Shown here: positions 23,849 through 32,000 of the stretch, one piece after another | How the letters are laid out: each line of letters begins with the position of its first letter | Numbering within the stretch: position 1 is the stretch's first letter | Source: Geobacter metallireducens GS-15 | Lineage (GTDB): Bacteria > Desulfobacterota > Desulfuromonadia > Geobacterales > Geobacteraceae | Length of the DNA stretch: 32,000 nt | Direction: 5' to 3' | Assembly (NCBI RefSeq): GCF_000012925.1 | Contig: NC_007517.1 | Coordinates: 2,190,001-2,222,000 of the forward strand | The notes under the pieces: generated by a model | Told to the model about the DNA's origin: nothing | What the model saw: the letters and a program-made list of their open reading frames with translations, nothing else | Database searches by the model: none | Program-made: the position numbers and the translations under genes

Positions 23849-25942
23849 TCAGTGGTTATTCTTCTCATTGACCTTGGCCGATTCGGCGATGATCTTCTGG
23901 GCCAAATGACTTGGCACCTCTTCGTAGTGGGAAAATTCCATGGTGAAAAGCCCCCGGTCACTGGTCATGGATTTCAGGTCGTTGGCGTAGGAAAGCACCT
24001 CGGCCATGGGAACCACTGACCTGATGATCTGTGAATTGGCCTTGGGTTCGACGCCGACCACTTTGCCGCGTCGGGAGTTTAGGTCTCCGATCACGTCACC
24101 CATGGTCTCTTCGGGAACCGTGATCTTCATGTTCATCATCGGCTCAAGGAGTATCACCTTGGCCGTTTCCATGGCCTTTTTGAACGCCAGGGAACCGGCA
24201 ACCTTGAAGGCCATTTCGGATGAATCCACGGTGTGGAAGGACCCGTCATAGACGGCGGCCTTGAAATCCACCAAAGGATAACCGGCCAGGAAACCGTCTT
24301 GGGAAGCCTCGAAGATCCCCTTCTCAACCGCCGGGATGTACTGGCGCGGGATGACGCCACCGACGATCTTGTCCTCAAACTGAAATCCCTCACCACGCTG
24401 CTGGGGAGCAAACTCAACCCAGCAGTCGCCGTACTGTCCTCTCCCCCCCGACTGCTTCTTGTATTTTCCCTGGGCCTTGACAGTGGCTTTGAAGGTTTCC
24501 AGGTACGGCACCTTCTGGGTCTTCATTTCCACATCGACATTGAACTTGCGCTTCAGCTTCTCGATGGTGACCTCAAGGTGTACCTGCCCCATTCCCGAGA
24601 GAATCAGTTCATGGGTCTTTTCGTCACGTCGCGCCTGAATCGTCTGATCCTCTTCCATGAGCTTCTGGAGAGCACCGTGAATCTTGTCTTCATCATTTTT
24701 CGTCTTGGGCTGGATAGCGTAGGAAATGACCGGTTGGAGCGGCTTGGCCGGCTCGAAGATGATCGGCTTGTCCTTGTCGCAGAGGGTATCGCCGGTAAGG
24801 GTTTCCTTAAGCTTGGCCACGGCCACGATGTCGCCGGCAACGGCCTGTTTGATAGACTTCTGCTTCTTCCCCTCCAGTTCGTAGATCTGGCCGATCCGCT
24901 CCTCGCAGTCGCGGACCGGGTTGTAGATGGTCGAGTCGGAGTTCAGGGTACCCGAGTAGACCCGGAAGATGGATATTTTGCCGGTGTAGGGATCCGACGT
25001 GGTCTTGAAGACGAGGGCAGAGAAGGGTTCCGTTTCATCGGGCTTGCGTTCCTCCATCTCACCGTTTTTGGGATTGGTGCCGACCACCACACCCCGGTCG
25101 AGGGGAGAGGGGAGGCAGTGGCAGATGTAATCAAGGAGGTGATGAACGCCGATGTTCATGGTGGCGGAACCGCAAAAAACCGGCGTAAAGGTATAGCGGA
25201 GCGTCCCGATCCGCAGGCCGTCCAGAATCTCTTCCCGGGAAAGTTCGCCGGTTTCCAGGTACTTCTCGGTCAGGGCATCGTAGGCCTCTGCAACGGTTTC
25301 CACGAGGATATCGCGGAGTCGCTGGGCCTCGTCCCGCTCCCCGGCGGGAATCTCCTCCTCCGTGAATGTTCCGGAACCATCCTTGGCGTAGCGGTATGCC
25401 TTCATGTCGATGAGATCAATGATCCCCTCGAAGGTTTCAGCTGCGCCCAAGGGCATCTGGACCGCCACGCCACGGGCCTTGAGAGACTTCTCCATGTCGT
25501 CGAGGGCCCGGAGGAAGTTGGCGTATTCGCGGTCCATCTTGTTGACGAAGGCGATGCGGGGCAGCTCGAACTCGTTGGCCCACTCCCAGACCTCCTCGGT
25601 CTGGACCTTTACCCCGGAGATGGCAGAAAGGATAACGATGCATCCGCCCAAGGCACGCATGCAGGCGCGGGTGTCTGAGATAAAGTTTCCGTAACCGGGG
25701 GTATCGACAATGTGAAGCGAGTAGTCATTCCATTCACAGTGGTCGAGGGAGGATGAGATTGTGATCTTCCGCTTGATCTCCTCGGGCTCGAAATCCATGG
25801 TGGACGTGCCGTCGTCGACCCGGCCGATACGGTCAATCATCCCCGTGGTGAAGAGTATGGCTTCGGTGAGAGAGGTCTTGCCTGCGCCGCCGTGGGCGAC
25901 AATTCCGAGGTTTCTCAGCTTTGCGGTATCATACTTGCCCAT
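23849..25942 (-). CDS. Elongation factor G paralogue (EF-G2-like translational GTPase)
   Basis: 697 aa. G-domain motifs are NLGIVAHGGAGKTS, DTPGY and NKMD. EF-G domains II-V are recognisable (e.g. GDIVAVAKL, and domain IV/V sequence). It is not next to rpsL/rpsG/tuf. Confidence 0.85.
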   Translation of the reverse strand: MGKYDTAKLRNLGIVAHGGAGKTSLTEAILFTTGMIDRIGRVDDGTSTMDFEPEEIKRKITISSSLDHCEWNDYSLHIVDTPGYGNFISDTRACMRALGGCIVILSAISGVKVQTEEVWEWANEFELPRIAFVNKMDREYANFLRALDDMEKSLKARGVAVQMPLGAAETFEGIIDLIDMKAYRYAKDGSGTFTEEEIPAGERDEAQRLRDILVETVAEAYDALTEKYLETGELSREEILDGLRIGTLRYTFTPVFCGSATMNIGVHHLLDYICHCLPSPLDRGVVVGTNPKNGEMEERKPDETEPFSALVFKTTSDPYTGKISIFRVYSGTLNSDSTIYNPVRDCEERIGQIYELEGKKQKSIKQAVAGDIVAVAKLKETLTGDTLCDKDKPIIFEPAKPLQPVISYAIQPKTKNDEDKIHGALQKLMEEDQTIQARRDEKTHELILSGMGQVHLEVTIEKLKRKFNVDVEMKTQKVPYLETFKATVKAQGKYKKQSGGRGQYGDCWVEFAPQQRGEGFQFEDKIVGGVIPRQYIPAVEKGIFEASQDGFLAGYPLVDFKAAVYDGSFHTVDSSEMAFKVAGSLAFKKAMETAKVILLEPMMNMKITVPEETMGDVIGDLNSRRGKVVGVEPKANSQIIRSVVPMAEVLSYANDLKSMTSDRGLFTMEFSHYEEVPSHLAQKIIAESAKVNEKNNH

Positions 25943-26007
25943 ACATCCTCCCGTGATGATAAGGTATAGGTCTGGCGACCTTTTGACTTCCGCGCTATCT
26001 CGTCATC

Positions 26008-26775
26008 TCACTCCCTGTTTCGTTCGTACAGTATCCGCAGTCCCTCCAGCGTGAGGTACTCCTCCACCGCCTCGATGGTTTTTGACTCGGGGGCGATCAG
26101 CCCGGCAAGCCCCCCCGTGGCGATGACCCGTGGAGTTTCCTTGCTCTCTGCTTTCATCCTGGCCACGATCTCGTCCACAAGCCCCACATACCCATAAAAG
26201 ATGCCGGCCTGCATGGAATTGACCGTATTGCGGGCAATGACTGCCGGAGGCTTCACGATATCGACGCGGGGAAGCTTGCTCGCCCTCTGGAACAGGGCCT
26301 CCATAGATATGACAAGCCCTGGGGCGATGGCGCCGCCGCAGTATTCTCCCTTGCGGTTCACGTAATCAAAGGTGGTGGCGGTGCCAAAATCGACGATGAC
26401 CAGAGACGTCTTGTACTTCTCGTAGCCTGCCACCGCATTGACAATCCGGTCCGCCCCCACCTCCTTGGGATTGTCGTACTGGATCGGCATGCCGGTCCTG
26501 ATCCCCGGCCCAACCACAAGGGGACTGTAGCCGAAGTAGTTCCGGGAAAGCCGTTCCAGAACTCCGGACAGGGTCGGCACCACCGAAGAAATAATAATGG
26601 CCTTCACATCCTTGAATTCGATGTCGGCGCCACGGAAAAGCTCACGGATCAGGATTCCGTACTCGTCTGACGTTTTGGCCTTGTCGGTGGATATGCGCCA
26701 GTCACGCACAAGCCTCTGACCGTCATAGATGCCGAGAACGATATTCGTGTTGCCCACGTCTATGACGAGAAGCAT
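26008..26775 (-). CDS. coaX: Type III pantothenate kinase
   Basis: 255 aa. N-terminus [17 protein letters not shown], then DFGTATTFD and ATGGLA motifs of the CoaX/ASKHA fold. RBS GGAGG. Confidence 0.9.
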
Positions 26776-26810
26776 GGGTTTACCTCCAGAACAGAAAGCA
26801 CGGCGCCACC

Positions 26811-27827
26811 TTACCCTTCAATTGTCACATCCCCTGCCAGAACCCGCTCAAGGGTGCCATGAGCGGTTCTCAGCAACAGAGCGCCGATCTCGTCAATCCC
26901 CTCGACAGTCCCCGTCATATCCCCCTGATTGCCGCTTACCCGGACCCTTCTTCCCATGACGGCGCTCCGGCCAAGCCATGCCTGGCGGAGCGGAGCGTAA
27001 CCCTCTGAACGGTACTGTGAGTAATGCACATCAAGAGACTCGAGAAGCGCCCGGGCAAATGAGAGCCTGGACACCTCATGCCCCGCCTCAATGGCCAGGG
27101 AACTTGCGGGATGGCGCAGATCGGTCGGGAACTGATCCCGCTGCATATTGATATTCACCCCGATGCCAAGGACAAGGAAATCGATCCGTTCGGTTTCGGC
27201 GCTCATCTCGTTGAGCATGCCGGCAACCTTGAAACCGTTCACGAGTACATCATTGGGCCATTTGATGACGGGTGCAAGCCCGGCAGAACGCTCAATGGCC
27301 TCTGCCACCGCAACGGCCGACAGGAAGGTGAGCTGGGGCGCGTGAAGAGGCATTATGGGCGGGCGAAGAATAATGGAACAATAGAGATTGACCCCGGCGG
27401 GCGACTCCCACTGCCTCCCGAGCCGCCCCCTGCCGCGGTTCTGTGCGTCGGCGATGACCACGGTTCCTTCGACGGCACCATCTTCGGCAAGACGATAGGC
27501 AAGGGTGTTAGTTGAGTCAGTTTCGCCGACAAAAACAAGAGATGTGCCGATCCTGGCTACGTTAAGTCCGACCGACAGTTCTGCGGGGGTGAGGATATCG
27601 GGAGTTGATACGAGACGATACCCCCGGGAGGGGACTGCCTCGATGCGGTAGCCGAGCCCATTAAGGGTCTTGATATGCTTCCAGACAGCCGTGCGTGATA
27701 CATCCAGAGACCGGCTCAATTCCTCGCCGGAAACAACGCCCCCGTCACGGCTCCTGAAGATTTCCAGAATCTTCCGGTCGATCTCCTTGCTGCCGATTGC
27801 GTCGGGGCGTGGCAACTCTCCGCTCAC
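26811..27827 (-). CDS. birA: Bifunctional biotin-[acetyl-CoA-carboxylase] ligase / biotin operon repressor
   Basis: 338 aa. N-terminal wHTH ([29 protein letters not shown]). BPL catalytic motif [21 protein letters not shown]-terminal SH3-like domain. The GTG start overlaps the nadC stop (GTGA). Confidence 0.9.
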
Positions 27828-28654
27828 TCAGCCTCCAGAAGCATCGAGATGTCCATGGCTCGGGCAGAATGGGTAAGCGCCCCCACGGAAATGATGTCAA
27901 CCCCTGCCTCGGCAATTCCTCTGACTGTTTCGAGGTTTACCCCCCCCGAGGCTTCCACCAGGGCACGGCCACCAATGAGGGCCACCGCCTCAGTCATCGT
28001 CGGCAGATCCATATTGTCGAGCATGATGATATCGGCACCGGCCTCAAGTGCTTCGGTCACCTCCGCGATGGATTCGGTCTCCACCTCAATTTTCAGGGTA
28101 TGGGGGATGTAGGACCGTGCCCGGCTTACGGCCCGGCTGATGCCGCCCGCGGCGGCGATGTGGTTCTCCTTGATGAGGACACCGTCATAGAGGCCGGTGC
28201 GGTGGTTGATTCCCCCGCCAACCCGAACGGCGTATTTCTCCAGGACCCGGAGCCCCGGAGTTGTCTTCCGCGTATCAACGATGCGAGCCCGCGTTCCCGC
28301 CACGGCCTCCACATACCTGGCCGTAAGGGTCGCGGTGCCGCACATGCGCTGAAGCAGGTTGAGAGCCACCCGCTCACCCTGGAGGAGGAGAGCGGAGTCG
28401 CCGGTAAGCTCGGCAATCAGATCGCCGGCAGCTAGCCGCGCTCCGTCCCCATGTCGTGCCTCAAAACAGACCGACGCGTCAAGGAACGTGAAGACCCGGG
28501 CCGCCACGTCAATGCCAGCCAGAATCAGGGGCTCCTTGGCGATGAGTCGGGCGCGGGCCGGACGGCTCCCGGGAACCACCGCCAGAGTCGTGATATCCCC
28601 GGTATGAATATCCTCCATGAGGGCGTTTTCGATGATCTTGTCTATGCCGGTCAT
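27824..28654 (-). CDS. nadC: Nicotinate-nucleotide pyrophosphorylase (carboxylating) / quinolinate phosphoribosyltransferase
   Basis: 276 aa. QPRTase motifs are present: DITT, ERVALNLLQRMCGTAT, DTRKTTPGLR, KYAVRVGGG.NHR, MLDNM, ASGG. Confidence 0.9.
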   Translation of the reverse strand: MTGIDKIIENALMEDIHTGDITTLAVVPGSRPARARLIAKEPLILAGIDVAARVFTFLDASVCFEARHGDGARLAAGDLIAELTGDSALLLQGERVALNLLQRMCGTATLTARYVEAVAGTRARIVDTRKTTPGLRVLEKYAVRVGGGINHRTGLYDGVLIKENHIAAAGGISRAVSRARSYIPHTLKIEVETESIAEVTEALEAGADIIMLDNMDLPTMTEAVALIGGRALVEASGGVNLETVRGIAEAGVDIISVGALTHSARAMDISMLLEAE

Positions 28655-28777
28655 GGGCTCTCCGCATCAGAAAAATTAAGCCTCTATATAGCACAGGAGA
28701 CGGGAAGCCGCAACCGCAAAGAGGGCGCGGCTCGGGCTTCCCCCCTTGCATTTCCAGAGTCATGTTGTGTCGTATTG

Positions 28778-28806
28778 TTGACTTGACTCAATCACTGAAC
28801 TACAAT
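28778..28806 (+). promoter_or_regulatory. Strong sigma-70-type promoter for the HAMP-GGDEF operon
   Basis: TTGACT (28778-28783), N17, TACAAT (28801-28806). The RBS GAGGA (28818-28822) and ATG 28831 follow. Confidence 0.6.
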
Positions 28807-28830
28807 AGAGCGTTTTCGAGGAAAAACTGA

Positions 28831-30159
28831 ATGAGCGACTCAACAAAACCCCTTCAAACCCGCACCCGCTTCACCCTTATCCAGAAACTCATCGTCAGTT
28901 ATGTCGCGATGCTCTTTCTGACCACGACGGCCCTCGCCTTTTCGGTTATGGGGCTTTATTCCCTCAATCGTACCGCAAAGGAAATAGCGAAAACCGATCT
29001 TTTTATAATCGATTCCGCGAATCGTCTCCGGGAATCAATGTTGGCCCAGGAACGTATCGCGGGGAAATATGCAATCCTCAAGAGCGACGAATTCAAACTT
29101 CTCTACAGTCAGCGCCAGTCTGAATTCCTGGCAATTCTCGGCGAAATTGGCCAGCGGGACAACAACGGTCTCTTCCGCTCCCTGGTTGCCAGATACGATG
29201 CTTATCGGAAGGAAATTGAACGCGCCTTCGCCGCCAGCACCACTGAGCCCTTGCCCGCCAAAAAGGAGGCCGACGCCGTCGTAAGCCTGATCGAAGATCT
29301 TTCCTCTTCCCGGCAAAAGCTCCTTGGGAAAAAGCTGGCGGAAGCCGACCGGCGCGAGGCCGACACGGTAAAACTAACCCTCTTCCTGGCATTTTCAGGC
29401 TTTATCCTTGCTGTTACCGTAGCGGCACTCAACGTACACTCCATATCCACCTCCATAAGAAAACTCAAAAAGGGAATGCACCGGATAGCAGAAGGTGACT
29501 TCGATTACGACCCCCAAATTCCCATCGGTGACGAAATCGGTGCCCTGGCAGAGGATTTCTCACGCATGGGGAAAAAATTAAAGGAACTGGAGCAGATCAG
29601 CCTCGACGCAAGTCCGCTGACCCGGCTCCCCGGCAACATTGCCATCGAGCGAGTGCTGAACAAACTTCTCCAATCCGGTGAACCCTTTGCGGTCTGCTAT
29701 GCCGATCTCGATAATTTCAAGGCCTACAATGACCGTTACGGTTACATCAAAGCTAGCGAAGTAATTAAATTGACCGCGGAACTGATCCACGATACAGTTC
29801 GTGAACTTGCCGGTGGCAACGCTTTCGTCGGCCATGTGGGAGGTGATGATTTCGTAATGGTTGTGGCGGCCGAACGGGGGGGCTCCCTCTGTGAAGCGGT
29901 CATAAAAAGGTTTGACGACTTCATCCGCAACCATTATTCGGCAGAGGATCTGGCTCGTGGCGCCATTGAAGGTGTTGACCGCTATGGCGTTTCCCGCACC
30001 TTCCCCATCATGAGCATCTCTGTGGCCGTCGTTATCAGTCAACAGGGAGAGTTCACCTCGGCGGTGCAGATAGCAAAGGCGGCGGCCGACATCAAGGATC
30101 TGCTGAAAAAATCTCCCGGCAGCAACTACCTGATCAACCGACGCAGGAATCCCCGATGA
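28831..30159 (+). CDS. Membrane sensor protein: 2 TM, periplasmic helical region, HAMP, and a GGDEF-family domain with non-canonical GGDDF site
   Basis: 442 aa. TM1 is aa ~20-42 and TM2 is aa ~181-203. HAMP region (IRKLKKGMHRIAEGDFDYD...IGALAEDFSRMGKKL). The GGDEF fold aligns to PleD-type cyclases (LTRLPGN..., YADLDNFKAYNDRYGYIKASEVI, HVGGDDFVMV, MSISVAV). Confidence 0.8.
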   Translation: MSDSTKPLQTRTRFTLIQKLIVSYVAMLFLTTTALAFSVMGLYSLNRTAKEIAKTDLFIIDSANRLRESMLAQERIAGKYAILKSDEFKLLYSQRQSEFLAILGEIGQRDNNGLFRSLVARYDAYRKEIERAFAASTTEPLPAKKEADAVVSLIEDLSSSRQKLLGKKLAEADRREADTVKLTLFLAFSGFILAVTVAALNVHSISTSIRKLKKGMHRIAEGDFDYDPQIPIGDEIGALAEDFSRMGKKLKELEQISLDASPLTRLPGNIAIERVLNKLLQSGEPFAVCYADLDNFKAYNDRYGYIKASEVIKLTAELIHDTVRELAGGNAFVGHVGGDDFVMVVAAERGGSLCEAVIKRFDDFIRNHYSAEDLARGAIEGVDRYGVSRTFPIMSISVAVVISQQGEFTSAVQIAKAAADIKDLLKKSPGSNYLINRRRNPR

Positions 30160-30683
30160 CTTCACGTACGATCATCATACTTATGGTTACGGCTTGCCTC
30201 TCAGGCTGCACCACCGTCCAGAAGTCTCTGGAAAATCAGCGCCTGCGCACCACACAACAAGACAAGCTCGAGCAAGCGGTGAAACTCATTGAAAGGGGAA
30301 ACACAGAAAAGGCCGAAACGCTCCTTGAGGAGGTCGTGGCGGCACAAGGAGTGCGGGGGATCACCGATGAAGCCCTGTTTCGTCTTGCTCTCCTGTCCAT
30401 GCCGTCGGATCTGAATCGGGAAGATTTGGCCAATGCGGTAAAATATCTCGAACGACTTCAGAAAGAGTATCCGGTCAGCCCCTGGGCAACCCAGTCGTCA
30501 TCACTTACCGACTTGCTCGCCGTCCTGCCGCGTCACCTTCAATCGACAACGGAACTCCGTCGTCAGATAAAAAGCCTTAGGGACCTGAACCTCTCTCTGA
30601 CTCGGGAAAACAAGGAAATGAGGCTCAATATCGAGAAGATAAAAAACCTGGACCTGCAACTGGAGAAGAAAGTCAAACCCTAA
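30156..30683 (+). CDS. Lipoprotein with helical N-terminal half and coiled-coil C-terminus (hypothetical)
   Basis: 175 aa. Lipobox ACLSGC (Cys18). ATGA overlap with the stop of the upstream GGDEF gene. The C-terminus has heptad-like sequence LRRQIKSLRDLNLSLTRENKEMRLNIEKIKNLDLQLEKK. Confidence 0.65.
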   Translation: MTSRTIIILMVTACLSGCTTVQKSLENQRLRTTQQDKLEQAVKLIERGNTEKAETLLEEVVAAQGVRGITDEALFRLALLSMPSDLNREDLANAVKYLERLQKEYPVSPWATQSSSLTDLLAVLPRHLQSTTELRRQIKSLRDLNLSLTRENKEMRLNIEKIKNLDLQLEKKVKP

Positions 30684-30806
30684 TACTTGTTAAATTAACC
30701 GACACAATTACTGGCCAAAATTCAAAAAACTTTACAGAAAAGTCTCCACACCCACCCACAACAACAGAACCCCTTGAAAATACAATGAAATATTTACACT
30801 AAATTC

Positions 30807-30821
30807 TGGCACTCTTGTTGC
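30807..30821 (+). promoter_or_regulatory. Sigma-54 (-24/-12) promoter
   Basis: TGGCAC-TCTTG-TTGC matches the TGGCAC-N5-TTGC consensus exactly, with correct GG/GC spacing. It lies 75 nt upstream of the GAF-kinase ATG. Confidence 0.65.
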
Positions 30822-30895
30822 GTACTATTACGTGACCCCGTTCTTCTTTCAGCGATGTTGAAAAAAGATACCCCATTGCGGGAGTAGGCGTTCAC

Positions 30896-32000
30896 ATGAC
30901 CTCCGTACCAGACGACCTCCGGATGTTCGAAAAGAAGTTCTCCATACTACAGGAAATATCGAATGCCTTGGTGGTTACGGACAACCTGAGTGCAATCGCG
31001 AACCTCATGCTCGACCTGGCCATCAACTACACAAGGGCCGAGAAGGGGTCTCTCATGCTCGTCAACGAGCGGGATGAACTCTACATTCTTGCGGGACGCG
31101 GCATAGATCTCAACCTTGTGCGAACCTACCGGGCAAAGATCGGCGAAGGGATTGCCGGGGTTGTGGCAAAGAACCGCACTCCCGTGCTTGTGGAAGATCT
31201 GGCCAACGAGCCGCGGTTCAAGGGGATAACCCGCGACCGCTACCGGACCAACTCCTTCGCATCATGCCCCATCATAAGCAAGAACCGGCTCCTTGGTGTC
31301 CTCAACATCAACGACAAGGTTGACGGAGCCCCCTTCAACGAAGACGAGTTCTCCCTCATCAAAATCATTGCCAATCAGGCAGCTATTGCCATGGAGAATG
31401 CCATTCTCGTCGGACAACTCCGATTCAAAGCCGCAGAACAGGAAGGGATCAACCGCAAGCTCATCGAAAGTGACGTGGTAAAGACCGAATTCATCACCCG
31501 GGTATCCCACGAATTGCGTACCCCCCTCAACTCCATCAAGGGTTCCGTTTACTACCTGAGGCAGTCCGAACGCCTCTCGCGGCGCGAACAGGAAGAGTTT
31601 TACGACATCATCTCCGGCGAGACGGACAAACTGATCGGCATCGTGGAAAACCAGCTTGACTTCCTCCGCTTTGAAGACGAGACGATGCTCATAAACAAGA
31701 CCCTGGTAAGCCTCAGGGAGGTACTGAATGAAGTGTGCGGCTCAAAGAACATCAAAACCCTCTTTGCCCGCAAAGATATAAGCATTGATGTGGAGATAGG
31801 TGATGGACTTTCAGATGTAGTCGGCGACAGAATCAGGATAGTTCAGTTTTTCCTCAACATTCTTGAAGGGTTGAGCTACTTTCTGGAGCGGGGCGACGTG
31901 GTTCGCATTTCCGCCCGGGAGAACGATGACATTCACGTATCCATAGGACTTCCGCGCAGACTGCCCGAGAGCATCACCCCTTACCTTTTCAGTTCGAATC
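30896..32000 (+). CDS. Cytoplasmic GAF-domain sensor histidine kinase (5' part; runs off the right edge)
   Basis: My own translation from ATG 30896 (RBS GGAG at 30880-30883) stays open to the window end. It shows a GAF domain (AEKGSLMLVNE...IGEGIAGVVAKNRTPVLVEDL...SCPIISKNRLLGVLNINDK), HisKA H-box FITRVSHELRTPLNSI (His205 at 31508-31510), and the start of HATPase_c. It is absent from the ORF track because there is no stop in the window. Confidence 0.85.
   Translation, partial: MTSVPDDLRMFEKKFSILQEISNALVVTDNLSAIANLMLDLAINYTRAEKGSLMLVNERDELYILAGRGIDLNLVRTYRAKIGEGIAGVVAKNRTPVLVEDLANEPRFKGITRDRYRTNSFASCPIISKNRLLGVLNINDKVDGAPFNEDEFSLIKIIANQAAIAMENAILVGQLRFKAAEQEGINRKLIESDVVKTEFITRVSHELRTPLNSIKGSVYYLRQSERLSRREQEEFYDIISGETDKLIGIVENQLDFLRFEDETMLINKTLVSLREVLNEVCGSKNIKTLFARKDISIDVEIGDGLSDVVGDRIRIVQFFLNILEGLSYFLERGDVVRISARENDDIHVSIGLPRRLPESITPYLFSSN

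Noticed and set aside
24233-25678. 481-aa + strand ORF, plus other long ORFs antisense to annotated genes (for example 21764-22387, 22515-23195, 23304-23738, 4964-5755, 9131-9610, 17350-17838, 13558-14151, 27797-28435, 29578-30165)
   Set aside because: They lie wholly opposite genes with strong family signatures. Their products are low-complexity and Arg/Gly/Leu/Pro-rich, which is typical of shadow ORFs in GC-rich DNA. They lack RBS and recognisable motifs.
28691-28746. Possible GEMM-I c-di-GMP/cGAMP riboswitch upstream of the GGDEF gene
   Set aside because: Only short fragments (GCACAGG, CGCAAAG) resemble the consensus. The two-hairpin architecture with a GNRA tetraloop and receptor could not be built. 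The element lies upstream of the strong predicted promoter at 28778-28806. It is kept only as an unexplained hairpin finding.
31988-32000. GTTCGAATC at the very end of the window, resembling a tRNA T-loop
   Set aside because: It lies in frame inside the histidine-kinase coding sequence. No acceptor, D or anticodon arms precede it. The window ends, so nothing further can be tested.
1-32000. CRISPR arrays, rRNA or tRNA genes, integrases, toxin-antitoxin pairs or known defence-system genes
   Set aside because: No direct-repeat/spacer arrays, no rRNA- or tRNA-like segments and no hallmark defence domains were seen on either strand. The only mobile DNA is the ISL3 pair.

Overview
Moderately GC-rich chromosomal window whose gene content looks like Geobacter/Desulfuromonadales; that is an impression, not a database result.

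(1) Positions 1-11004 hold a tightly coupled Pel-type exopolysaccharide locus on the + strand. It contains recognisable PelB, PelA-like, PelC, PelD, PelE, PelF and PelG homologues, but the order is pelB before pelA. The PelA-like protein is short and has only the hydrolase part. A separate helical-repeat ORF runs in from the left edge.

(2) Positions 11.1-15.8 kb carry housekeeping genes: an RlmD-type rRNA methyltransferase, a beta-hydroxyacid dehydrogenase, endonuclease III, a small membrane protein, a PHP phosphoesterase and a small ORF.

(3) Positions 15818-18525 hold two different ISL3-family insertion sequences side by side. Both sit in the A-tract of one bidirectional terminator, and each has a perfect 8-bp target duplication.

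(4) Positions 18.6-20.9 kb encode a cytidylate-kinase-like/BON protein, an ICMT-family methyltransferase and MgtC.

(5) Positions 28654 down to 20929 form a long minus-strand gene string: nadC, birA, coaX, an EF-G paralogue, a SPOR-domain protein, an alpha-solenoid protein, and an MglA-like GTPase with an altered catalytic motif and a C-terminal extension.

(6) Positions 28.8-32.0 kb encode a membrane HAMP-GGDEF protein with a non-canonical active site (GGDDF, and Ser at the base-specificity position). It is translationally coupled to a lipoprotein. A textbook sigma-54 promoter follows, then a GAF-histidine kinase that runs off the right edge.

No rRNA, tRNA or CRISPR array was seen. The best novelty candidates are the atypical GGDEF-lipoprotein pair, the variant MglA-like module and the deacetylase-less Pel locus. 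None can be confirmed without searches or experiments.
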